In this document: positions 1 to 8,052 of the stretch, one piece after another
How positions within the stretch are numbered: the first letter of the stretch is position 1
How the letters are laid out: each line of letters begins with the position of its first letter
Assembly: GCA_963780265.1 (NCBI GenBank)
Contig: CAWABQ010000022.1
Span: 8,548-72,547 of the forward strand
Direction of reading: 5' to 3'
DNA: 64,000 nucleotides
Source: Candidatus Bathyarchaeota archaeon
GTDB taxonomy: Archaea; Thermoproteota; Bathyarchaeia; 40CM-2-53-6
The notes under the pieces: model-generated
Seen by the model: the letters and a program-made list of their open reading frames with translations, nothing else
The model's database searches: none
Told to the model about the DNA's origin: nothing
Position numbers and translations under genes: made by a program

Positions 1-2
1 TA

Positions 3-179
3 CTTGGAACGAGTTGGAAGGCAGTGAAGGATAACGTGGTCCGCGCGCGTGTTAGCGAATTGAGGAAAGAAGGGAAACTCATCGCGGATCAAGGACGCTA
101 CTCACTATCAGGCGCTGGGATGCAGTGGATAGGCCAAGAGGTGCTGCCCAAACTCCGGCCCTCAGCGGCGCCAGCCTAA
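3..179 (+). CDS. C-terminal end of a winged-helix (wHTH) protein that starts upstream of the window; paralog of the 733 and 1275 genes
   Basis: Frame 3 is open from the window edge to TAA 177-179. It reads ...VSELRKEGKLIADQGRYSLSGAGMQWIGQEVLPKLRPSAAPA. This is the same C-terminal pattern (G.Y..S/T..G....VLPKL) as the recoded end of the 733 gene. Confidence 0.45.
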   Translation, partial: LGTSWKAVKDNVVRARVSELRKEGKLIADQGRYSLSGAGMQWIGQEVLPKLRPSAAPA

Positions 180-220
180 TATGACTTTTAGTACGAAAAA
201 GACTAATTATGCTATTAGTA

Positions 221-520
221 CTAACTAGTCCTCTGTGGTTTCGATTTCAAGGTTTGCTCCTCAAGCCAACGTAGCCGTTGAATGCCCCGTTCAGTAAGTG
301 CGTACGTGAACATCCCGCCCGCCCTTTCACGCTTCAACAGTCCCTGCTTGTAGTAACGCATCAACGCCATCCTCAACGCGTGAATATCCATAGCGGTTTC
401 CTTCGTCTCCCCGATCGTGCTTGCAAGGGAGCCACTATCCACTGGCCCAGTCTTCGAGAGTAACCGGAGGATTCGTAGCTTCAGTACGTTATAGTCCAAG
501 CCTAGACACCTATGGCGCAC
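221..520 (-). CDS. small winged-helix DNA-binding protein (putative transcriptional regulator)
   Basis: 99-aa ORF. LKLRILRLLSKTGPVDSGSLASTIGETKETAMDIHALRMALMRYYKQGLLKRE...FTYALTERG has the helix-turn-helix plus wing layout of PadR/MarR-like wHTH proteins. It is divergent from the 733 gene. Confidence 0.6.
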   Translation of the reverse strand: MRHRCLGLDYNVLKLRILRLLSKTGPVDSGSLASTIGETKETAMDIHALRMALMRYYKQGLLKRERAGGMFTYALTERGIQRLRWLEEQTLKSKPQRTS

Positions 521-584
521 AGTTTAGCTTTAAGATGTTCGAAAAGAGAGCCTGAGCACATCAGATTTTGTCAGAGTCGAAGGT

Positions 585-673
585 GAGTAACACCTAGCAG
601 AACCATCAATTCTAGCATCATCTTGCTCGACTTCGCACACAGACACAAACTTAGGAAGAGTAACACCTAGCAG
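585..673. promoter_or_regulatory. two perfect 16-nt direct repeats GAGTAACACCTAGCAG (585-600 and 658-673) in the divergent intergenic region; candidate operator
   Basis: Both copies read directly from the sequence, 73 nt apart, between the divergent wHTH genes at 221-520(-) and 733(+). The sequence is certain; the function is inferred. Confidence 0.5.
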
Positions 674-732
674 GTTCACTCCGCACTTCAAAGCTTTTAT
701 ACAGTGTAGGAGTGAATGTGAAGTGAAAGTAC

Positions 733-1146
733 TTGTCTGAAGGCCAACAACAGCTCACTAGGATAGGACTACCTCTAGAGGTAACCATCAAGTACGGAAC
801 CCTTGAGAAAAAAGTCACCGGCCCGCCCGAGCAAGTGGCAAAAGAAGTCTTTGCATTTCTAATGAAAGCGGTCCCTGAACTCGAGCTCGCGTCCCACTTG
901 GCGTTATCAGTTGATCTAAGCGACCTAGCCAAGGCTTGCGAGGGCGTTCTTGCGGTAACTCCGGAGGGTGTCGTTGTCACCGTCCCTGTCGACAACCTGG
1001 CGGACCGCGAACTCATGCTCCTTCACCTAGCAAAAGCGCGAATCGCGCAAATGCTCGGGAAGTCGGACAAAGATTTCGTTCAATCCGCAGGATTTGATCG
1101 CCTCAAGCAAGAAGACTGCTGGTACCGTTGCAGGCCGGTTGAGTGA
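733..1146 (+). CDS. uncharacterised protein, N-terminal domain fragment; frameshifted, with the wHTH C-terminus continuing in the +1 frame to the TAG at 1259-1261
   Basis: Frame 2 is open 1031-1261 and reads ...FNPQDLIASSKKTAGTVAGRLSELCGESLAERKGKGEYRATTLGLHLFRTQVLPKLKEKS. This aligns with the wHTH of the downstream paralog (SIEEIATGVGKAPKTIRNVIVELQKAGLIDRAERGKYRITLKGL). The break lies at the A/T runs around 1069-1077. Confidence 0.6.
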   Translation: MSEGQQQLTRIGLPLEVTIKYGTLEKKVTGPPEQVAKEVFAFLMKAVPELELASHLALSVDLSDLAKACEGVLAVTPEGVVVTVPVDNLADRELMLLHLAKARIAQMLGKSDKDFVQSAGFDRLKQEDCWYRCRPVE

Positions 1147-1274
1147 ACTCTGCGGCGAAAGCTTGGCCGAGAGGAAGGGTAAAGGTGAGTATAGGGCCAC
1201 AACCCTGGGTCTACATCTTTTCCGAACACAAGTCCTTCCCAAATTGAAGGAGAAATCATAGCGAGCTGCAAGCC

Positions 1275-1790
1275 ATGACACAAGCCGAAACCATGCAAGT
1301 TAGGGTCCAGATTGAAGTAAACGGTATGCGTTACGAAGGAAGTGGTTCCGTCCAGGAAATTGTTCCGCAGATTCTTCAATTCCTGTCCCAAGCAGTTCCG
1401 GCGTACGACCTGGCGAGGAAGTTGGTGTACGTCCCTGACCTGGCCGGTTTGGCCGACAAGATTTCGGAATTCGCCAAGATGACTAATACAGGTCAGTTAC
1501 TCCTGGCTAAGCGGGATCTTCCGGCCGAGAGAGCAATTGCGATTGTTCTGTTCATGGCTCACCTAGCGAGCAAGATGGGTAAACGTGACGCCGACTCGCT
1601 TAGCATCGAGGAAATCGCCACCGGAGTGGGCAAAGCGCCCAAGACGATTAGAAACGTGATAGTCGAACTTCAGAAGGCCGGACTTATCGATCGGGCGGAG
1701 AGGGGGAAATATCGAATCACCTTGAAAGGATTGATGGAGCTGGAGAACTCTCCATCCGGCGTCTCCCAAAAAGGAGGTACCTCACAGTAG
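1275..1790 (+). CDS. uncharacterised protein with C-terminal wHTH; intact tandem paralog of the 733 gene
   Basis: 171-aa ORF starting at ATG. The N-terminal ~100 aa align with the 733 product (FLSQAVPAYDLA.. versus FLMKAVPELELA..). The C-terminus is a wHTH. Confidence 0.7.
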   Translation: MTQAETMQVRVQIEVNGMRYEGSGSVQEIVPQILQFLSQAVPAYDLARKLVYVPDLAGLADKISEFAKMTNTGQLLLAKRDLPAERAIAIVLFMAHLASKMGKRDADSLSIEEIATGVGKAPKTIRNVIVELQKAGLIDRAERGKYRITLKGLMELENSPSGVSQKGGTSQ

Positions 1791-1831
1791 CGGGGTGTCT
1801 TGCAAGCTCATGCCGTCACTCATAACTGAGT

Positions 1832-1903
1832 GGTGCGGCGGCTGCGGGAGATTCGGGGGAATCCCACCGCAAAGGGGGCGAGAGTGAAACGAACCGCCGC
1901 ACC
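1832..1903 (+). other. GC-rich nested hairpin between the wHTH gene and the NurA-like gene
   Basis: GGTGCGGCGG (1832-1841) is the exact reverse complement of CCGCCGCACC (1894-1903). An inner hairpin GGGAGATTC-GGGG-GAATCCC sits at 1846-1865. Function is unknown. Confidence 0.3.
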
Positions 1904-2098
1904 CACCCAACGTCAAATGCACAACAGAGGATAAGTAATTTTCTCTACGCGGAAGACTCGCTCAGCGGAGTCATACCTGAGCGTTTCGTCGAATTTTGTC
2001 GGCACTCAATCGAAGGCATACGGGGCAACCTCATCTACACCAACCCCGTCCTGTCGCCCGACCCAACAGGTACGGAGTACGACGGTGCCGAAGCCTCG

Positions 2099-3004
2099 AT
2101 GCTGGAATTGAACGGATTCGACGACGAGCGTCTTGTTCGACTAGAACCAATCCCATCTAGTCGGCCAGTTGTGGCGGTCGATACCTCCACCATCAAGCTT
2201 GGTGAGATGGCCGACGGTGCGCTTTGCGCTGTAAGGGGCGCGCTTGTCTTACTTGAGCAAAAACGCTACAGGTATGTGAGGTATGGGCCCCTGGTCTTCT
2301 CAATCGGCTACAACAACCTCGCCATTTCACAGGACTTCGCGGGACTAGGGCTACCACCATTCACCGGCGAGCCAAACGTCGACAGCCTCCTCAAGCGAAT
2401 ACGGAACCTTGTCGAACGCTGGCTGCAATTCAACGCGAGTTCCTCAATTGCCGGCGGCTTCATCCTGCTCGACGGGTCGCTAACGGCGGGAACACCTGAC
2501 AATCCGTCGAAGGAACTCGAACGAATCCTCGAAACCGCCCGGCGGGCCGGAAGCGCTGTAATCGCCATTTCGAAGAAAACGAAACTGCGAATCAACAATC
2601 AGTCGCTAACTGAACTTCTCGAGAACCAGTCGGAACCCTGCATATTGGAAGTTGACGAACAGGTCACCGATCAATTCCCCCCGTACCCGGTACGTTTCCT
2701 CGGGCGTGTGTTCGTTGGAAAACTTGCAAAGCCAGGATTCCCCTTCAGGATCGACGTGGATCGTGAAATCTCGATGCCTGAAACAATGAAAGGATTTCGC
2801 GAATTGGCTGGAACGGACATCGTAGACCAGGGCTACCCTGAAACCCTCAGGATGGCCCACATCCTATCAACTTTCACAGCCAGTGACGTGTTAGCAATGC
2901 AAGCCTTTGCGGCTGCGCGTTATGGGGTACAGCTGCTACCGAAACTGGCCTTGCGCCGGTCGCTCTTCGGCCCATTCGGAACCGCTTGGGAGGCCTGGCA
3001 TTGA
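2099..3004 (+). CDS. nurA: NurA-like 5'-3' nuclease
   Basis: VVAVDTSTIKL (catalytic Asp region) and FILLDGSLTAG match NurA-domain motifs. The stop overlaps the HerA fragment start. The frame is open upstream to 1826 with protein-like sequence, so the true start is probably upstream (see findings). Confidence 0.7.
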   Translation: MLELNGFDDERLVRLEPIPSSRPVVAVDTSTIKLGEMADGALCAVRGALVLLEQKRYRYVRYGPLVFSIGYNNLAISQDFAGLGLPPFTGEPNVDSLLKRIRNLVERWLQFNASSSIAGGFILLDGSLTAGTPDNPSKELERILETARRAGSAVIAISKKTKLRINNQSLTELLENQSEPCILEVDEQVTDQFPPYPVRFLGRVFVGKLAKPGFPFRIDVDREISMPETMKGFRELAGTDIVDQGYPETLRMAHILSTFTASDVLAMQAFAAARYGVQLLPKLALRRSLFGPFGTAWEAWH

Positions 3005-3309
3005 AAATCCTCCGCAAAGAAGGCGACAACATACAGCTTCTCTGCTTCCCAGAAGAAGAAGTGGAGAAGGGCGACTACCTACTCATCACCGACAAAATCA
3101 AGGAACGCTCGCTAATCGTTCAGATAATCGACATTCAATACGCAAACATCCCGGGCATTCTCGAAGACCTGCTGAGGGACGGCATATCGGAGGGCTCACT
3201 TTCCGGTGACGAAGTTGACCCATTCAAAGTCTCCTCCCAAATCACCGTTCTCAAAGATACAAGGTTACTTCTAGGGAAGATAGCGGAGCAATCGAAGAGG
3301 GCCGAATAA
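2986..3309 (+). CDS. herA: HerA-like ATPase, N-terminal HAS-barrel fragment (frameshifted)
   Basis: A 107-aa beta-rich N-domain (DYLLITDKIKERSLIVQIIDIQY...TRLLLGK). Reading continues in frame 3 from about 3276 (EDSGAIEEGRISRDVSWLPSRNHSQVEV) into the ATPase ORF. The break is at the G-run 3274-3276. Confidence 0.65.
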   Translation: MGGLALKILRKEGDNIQLLCFPEEEVEKGDYLLITDKIKERSLIVQIIDIQYANIPGILEDLLRDGISEGSLSGDEVDPFKVSSQITVLKDTRLLLGKIAEQSKRAE

Positions 3310-3356
3310 GCCGAGACGTTTCTTGGCTGCCGTCAAGAAACCACTCTCAGGTCGAG

Positions 3357-4454
3357 GTGATGCCGCCCAAATTCCTCACCGAGTCACTCCCCAAACACCC
3401 CTTTGAGCTAGGTTCCATGCGCCGATTCCTCCACATATCCTCCGACCTCGGTACGCTAGACGGGCGCCTTAACATTGTCACAGGGCGGAAGGGAACGGGT
3501 AAGTCACACCTCACCAAACTTCTCGTCACCAGCCTCGTACAAGAAGGTGCCCCCGTCGTCGTCCTCGACGTTAACGGAGAATACGCAAATCTGGGAAAGA
3601 CGCCGGACGGCCGGCAGATGCACCTTTCACCCAAGATAATCTCCCTGATTCCCGGCCTGAACCTGAGGTTCGGCTTAAGGGAAGTCGGCCTGAGCACGCT
3701 CCTCGGAACGCTAATCTACGCGCTGTCACTACCTGAGAATTCAGCGCGCGTATTCGCTCGCATTTGGCATGAGCTCGAGGAACAGAACCAACTCACGATG
3801 AGCGGCTTAGGTGCAGCGATCGCGAACTTCGACTGCCATGAAAGCATTAAAGACGCCCTCCAAGCTAGGTTCAACACACTCGACGACTCCGGCATCTTCA
3901 CAGACGATCCACGAACGGCGCTCAACCTGGAAGAGGTCTTCAGGAATCATGCCACCGGCTGTGCGCTCATAGTCAACCTGAAAGACCAGTACTCAGCGCT
4001 TCGCAGAATGACAGTCGAACTGCTCATCAGCAAATTCACGGACCTCCTATCCGCTCAGAAGCTGAGGGCATTGTTCCTATTCGCTGAAGAAGCCCACCTT
4101 TACCTCCGGGAGACCTACTGGGACGATGTGGTCACACGGATGCGTCACCTAGGCTTATTCACCACCTTCGTCACCAACCAGCCTGACACGATTCAGGCCA
4201 GCATATACCGCCAAGCCGACAACATCTTTCTCTTCAACTTCAGCAACGAACACGACTTGGAGATCGTATCGAAAGTCGCGAAGGTCGACGCAGACACGAT
4301 AAGAATGATTGTGCGCGACCTACCGCCGCACCGCTGCCTGATGATCGGTGATGTCGTAGCTAACTTTCCACTCGTAGTAAACGTTAGGCCACTAGAGGTC
4401 CAGACTCTTGGCGCGACGCGCTACTTTTTCGAAAACCAACTCGCCCTAGCCTAG
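3357..4454 (+). CDS. herA: HerA/FtsK-superfamily ATPase domain (C-terminal fragment of the same gene)
   Basis: Walker A is VTGRKGTGKSHL and Walker B is ALFLFAEEAH. VVVLDVNGEYANLG is typical of HerA/DUF87 ATPases. Confidence 0.8.
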   Translation: MMPPKFLTESLPKHPFELGSMRRFLHISSDLGTLDGRLNIVTGRKGTGKSHLTKLLVTSLVQEGAPVVVLDVNGEYANLGKTPDGRQMHLSPKIISLIPGLNLRFGLREVGLSTLLGTLIYALSLPENSARVFARIWHELEEQNQLTMSGLGAAIANFDCHESIKDALQARFNTLDDSGIFTDDPRTALNLEEVFRNHATGCALIVNLKDQYSALRRMTVELLISKFTDLLSAQKLRALFLFAEEAHLYLRETYWDDVVTRMRHLGLFTTFVTNQPDTIQASIYRQADNIFLFNFSNEHDLEIVSKVAKVDADTIRMIVRDLPPHRCLMIGDVVANFPLVVNVRPLEVQTLGATRYFFENQLALA

Positions 4455-4469
4455 GGCGATTATGCGAGC

Positions 4470-4694
4470 TTACGAGCCTACTGCGATAACCTGTTCAGGT
4501 GCGAACCGTTGCTCGTGGCCGTGGGTTGTTGCATGAAAGAAACAATACGCATGGCCGCATTCAGAACAAGTCCAATTCGCTGGGCTCACACAGATAAAAC
4601 CGGAACAACGACTCAAAGTAACACCTATTTCCAAAACCGCTCGGGTGGAGCGAATATAAGGGTTGCCGGAATCGTCGCAGACTGGCGCAACCAA
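4470..4694 (-). CDS. small Cys/His-rich (zinc-finger-like) protein
   Basis: 74-aa ORF with a TTG start and CSGFIC...CSECGHAYCFFHATTHGH. Another frame just upstream also encodes Cys pairs (SCGQETCRVDYC), so the gene may be longer and frameshifted. Confidence 0.35.
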   Translation of the reverse strand: MVAPVCDDSGNPYIRSTRAVLEIGVTLSRCSGFICVSPANWTCSECGHAYCFFHATTHGHEQRFAPEQVIAVGS

Positions 4695-5509
4695 ACCTTC
4701 CTAAGTAGAATCCCGAGGCACAATAGTCCACGCGGCAGGTTTCTTGCCCACAGGAAGCTAAGCGTGAAAAGACTATATACGATGATATTCCTCTTTGCTG
4801 CTGAAGAGCGGAGGTGTGAGAGTTACCAACTCACGGATCATTGACCAAGGCTGGGAAGGTTCGTTCCCAAACTCCGAAAGTCCCGGCACGAACGACACTC
4901 CCCGATTCCTAAGATCAGGGTCAGGCGGAATTCCGAGAAACGCTTTGACTTAGGCCGAAAACCTGGTCAAAACACCATGCGACCCATGCGAACTTAACAG
5001 CCCGCTTTTTTCGGGCCTCCCTTCACGTTCTATTCCTCAGTAACCATACACGTAGATTCAGGTCTGAAGCTGCCTTGCGCGGCCATAGCTGTGAATCGGG
5101 TTTAGTGATTCAAGAAATGACGGTGCGTATGTTCGGGGTTTAGGGTGGGGGGTATAACGGAGCTCTGGAGGTGTTCCTGTGTCTAGAGCAGGAGGCTCAT
5201 TAGTTTCTTGAATCTAGACATTCTCTTCTGGTATGACCCGAGGGACATGATTTCCTCGAGGCCGTCCGACTTGCTCATTTACCCACACTACGGGTTGTGA
5301 ATGAACGGGCTGAGAATAAAGGTAATCGTATGATTTCCAACCTGTCGAAAGTATTACTCCCAAACATACTAGGAAGAGTGGACAAAATTTTCAGGACTCG
5401 AAATCTCCAAAAAAATCTGGCGGATTCTAATTGAATCTGTTCGCGCGAATGCTCATGGCGGGCCAATCATACAACGCCGGAGTCCTGAATTTATCGCGAA
5501 TCGCAAAAA

Positions 5510-5614
5510 TGGCGGGCCCGGAGGGATTTGAACCCTCGACCTCCGGCTCCGCAGGCGTTCGCGAAATCTGTTAGGCATCTCTCAGCGTCCTAATCCGGAC
5601 TAGACTACGGGCCC
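5510..5614 (-). tRNA. tRNA-Arg (anticodon GCG) with a ~26-nt intron at a non-canonical position in the anticodon stem; CCA encoded
   Basis: The reverse complement reads GGGCCCG-TA-GTCT-AGTCCGGATTA-GGAC-G-CTG[AGAGATGCCTAACAGATTTCGCGAAC]GC-CTGCGGA-GCCGG-AGGTC-GAGGG-TTCAAAT-CCCTC-CGGGCCC-G-CCA. The acceptor, D and T arms pair fully. The anticodon stem CUGGC/GCCGG forms only after removing 5557-5582. Confidence 0.8.
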
Positions 5615-5664
5615 TGGGGTCTGATTGCGGATTGTGGTTAAAGAATTGTTGGGAGCGTGCAGGG

Positions 5665-7299
5665 TCAAGTGTGTGTAGAGTTTTCGATTGCTCTCTCTAG
5701 GGCGCGTGCGACGTTTTCGCTTCCCATCGCTTTGATGTATGGGCCCAGTCTCGGTCCTTTCGGGGAACCCAATAGAATCGTGTAGAGTAATCTAAAGAAC
5801 TCCGGTGGGTCAAGGGAGTATTTCTTCGCGATATTGAATATCGAATTTTGAATAATCCTTTCGTCGGTCTCCGACTTGACGACTAAGATGAGATCCTCAA
5901 TCCCCAGCTTCTGAGGACCGGGGATTGTGATTCGTGTTTCAGGTATCTCGGTGAAGTCCTTCGCCCAATTCACCGCATAGTCTAGCCTTCGCTGGAAATC
6001 GGGCAATGGTTGTGTTTTCAAGTAGCCGTATTCTCGAAGCTTCGATTCTACGTATTCCCTTCTCTTGTCAGGCGGCGCTACCGTGACCAAGTACACTAGT
6101 AGGTTGTAAGGCACGTGTGTGCCGGGGGCGGAGGGCGGCTTCAGGAACCATGAGTATTCGAACAGGCCTCTGAGTTTCGTGAGCTCCTTCTCATCGCTGG
6201 GCTTCTTGATGTTGAAGTAAACCTGTTCAAGATAATCGAGTTCATTGGCGTAGGTGGGTATGTCTTCGACTCCGACGCTACGAGCGCCAGTGATGCGCTT
6301 GAACATCAGCAAATTGAGCGATGTTGGAGGAGCGTACTTGAACCAAGTCTGCGGCGTGATGACATCAACTGCTGATTTCGATTTAGAGATTTTCTTCCCG
6401 CCTTTGTCGAGGAAGAGTTCGTAACGGACGTGGTACGGCGGAGGAGAGCCTAAGATTTCTTCGCAGACTCTGTCATTGACGCGAACTGAGTCCGTGAGTT
6501 CTTTGCCGTGCGCCTCGAAGTTTATCTTCAATGCGTCCCAGCGAACGGCGAACTCGGCTTTCCATGGGACCTTTCCGCGGCCTTCCTTGAAGTCTATTTC
6601 GCCCTTGTAACCGCATCCCTCAAGCGTTTGCCCTTTAATTTCGGACCCGCCTTCGCAGGCGTACAGAACCTTGTCGGTTCTTGATTCGAACTCTAGGCTA
6701 CGGGTTGTATAGATCCTTCCACAGGAACCACAAATAGGGAAGTACGGTAGGACCGTGGTATACTTCTCCTGCCCCACTTCCTCTTTCACAATCTTGCCGA
6801 CTCGGTCGGCTTCTAGTAGGATTTTTCGAATCTGAGTTGTGAACCGCCCTTTTCTGTAATCTTCTGTCGCTGAATGGAAAACGTACTCAACGGTGCACTG
6901 GTCCATTGCTTCCCTCAAAAGGGAGTTCATGTGCGTACCGTAACTTTCATGGCAATTGTATGGGTCCGGGATGGCTGACACTGGGTGCCCTAGATACTTC
7001 TTGAGCGAATCAGGCATGCCCGAAGGAACCTTTCTTAGACCGTCCAAGTCGTCGGAGTACGCGATGAATTCCGCTTTCCCTCCCTGGGTATCGAGGGCGA
7101 GTTTGACTCCATACGCCCGAATCACGTCCCCTAGACTGCCGATGTGAGGAATCCCTGAAGCTCCCAGGCCGCTTTCCGTTCTCAAGACATCGCTTTTCCT
7201 ACCAAGCTTTTCTTCGCGTTGGAGGACACGCTGAGCAACCATGTCGAGCCATGTTCCCCGCCCCACGACCTCGAGCTTCGCACGGTTGCCCAAACTCAA
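5665..7299 (-). CDS. lysS: lysine--tRNA ligase, class I
   Basis: HIGH-type motif GIPHIGSLGD, the signature SDDLDGLRKVP, and KMSKS-type motif KKISKSKS. The 544-aa length fits archaeal class I LysRS. Confidence 0.9.
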   Translation of the reverse strand: MSLGNRAKLEVVGRGTWLDMVAQRVLQREEKLGRKSDVLRTESGLGASGIPHIGSLGDVIRAYGVKLALDTQGGKAEFIAYSDDLDGLRKVPSGMPDSLKKYLGHPVSAIPDPYNCHESYGTHMNSLLREAMDQCTVEYVFHSATEDYRKGRFTTQIRKILLEADRVGKIVKEEVGQEKYTTVLPYFPICGSCGRIYTTRSLEFESRTDKVLYACEGGSEIKGQTLEGCGYKGEIDFKEGRGKVPWKAEFAVRWDALKINFEAHGKELTDSVRVNDRVCEEILGSPPPYHVRYELFLDKGGKKISKSKSAVDVITPQTWFKYAPPTSLNLLMFKRITGARSVGVEDIPTYANELDYLEQVYFNIKKPSDEKELTKLRGLFEYSWFLKPPSAPGTHVPYNLLVYLVTVAPPDKRREYVESKLREYGYLKTQPLPDFQRRLDYAVNWAKDFTEIPETRITIPGPQKLGIEDLILVVKSETDERIIQNSIFNIAKKYSLDPPEFFRLLYTILLGSPKGPRLGPYIKAMGSENVARALERAIENSTHT

Positions 7300-7407
7300 T
7301 CCAACTCTTCTCGCTAGTATACGGTTCGATTAAGATATTCTTTATAGCAGCACTACGTTACGGTACAAAAACCGCAACACAGGGACAGTCGTTAAGGAAG
7401 TCTGTTC

Positions 7408-7968
7408 ATGGCCTGGAGTACAAACCGCGCAAAGTCGATATCGGTAGTCGGAATTTCGGCGCTCATCGCCGCCTTGGACTGGTTCTTCATGTTCTACATC
7501 ACCTCATACAATTTCGAAGTCAAGACACAGAACCTGGGGGTCGGCGGCCTCACATTTGCGATGCCGATTCTGTGGTTGCCGATTCTGGGAGTCTTTTTGG
7601 TCGCCTTGGTCGCTTGGTATGAGGTGTTGACGAGGATATTTCCTCGGCGAGCCGGTCCTGAAATTGACCCGCTCACCAACGCACGCTGGCTTCGAGCAAT
7701 CGCGTTTTCAGTCATGACCTTTGTCTGTGTTCTCTACATTCCGTACCTTCTAGGTTCGGTTTGGTTTTGGGCTAAGGTAAGCAAGCTCGGCCACAGTATT
7801 CCTCAGATTCAAGGTCTCGGCCTATCACTACTAAACACACAAACGCCCGTTATGACGATAAACCCGCTTTGGCAATATTCTCTATCCCAAGTCCTCGCCA
7901 CCGCTGCCATGGTAATAGTCGCTTGGGCCTTCAGCCGAACTGTAAGGCGGCCAAGGAAGCCTCGGTAA
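7408..7968 (+). CDS. membrane protein, function unknown
   Basis: 186-aa ORF with about 5 hydrophobic helices and a basic C-terminal tail RRPRKPR. Confidence 0.55.
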   Translation: MAWSTNRAKSISVVGISALIAALDWFFMFYITSYNFEVKTQNLGVGGLTFAMPILWLPILGVFLVALVAWYEVLTRIFPRRAGPEIDPLTNARWLRAIAFSVMTFVCVLYIPYLLGSVWFWAKVSKLGHSIPQIQGLGLSLLNTQTPVMTINPLWQYSLSQVLATAAMVIVAWAFSRTVRRPRKPR

Positions 7969-8052
7969 GAGTCGGATAGACTAGGCCTTGCCAATAAGGC
8001 CTAAAGCGCTCTATTTCGGTTAAGCGAAAATCGAAACACGACGGTTAACAGC

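Noticed and set aside
4509-4844. 111-aa plus-strand ORF downstream of herA.
   Set aside because: It is antisense to the Cys-rich minus-strand ORF, has no recognisable features, and has unusual composition.
4876-4884. GAAAGTCCC resembling the RNase P RNA CR-I/P4 motif.
   Set aside because: No matching P4 3' strand (ACAGAA..GGCUUA-like) or other conserved regions could be found at a sensible distance. The only candidate pairing fails after 4 bp.
5455-5518. 10-nt duplication of the tRNA 3' end (ATGGCGGGCC), considered as an attachment-site pair of an integrated element.
   Set aside because: The copies are only 54 nt apart, the repeat is very short, and no integrase gene is nearby.
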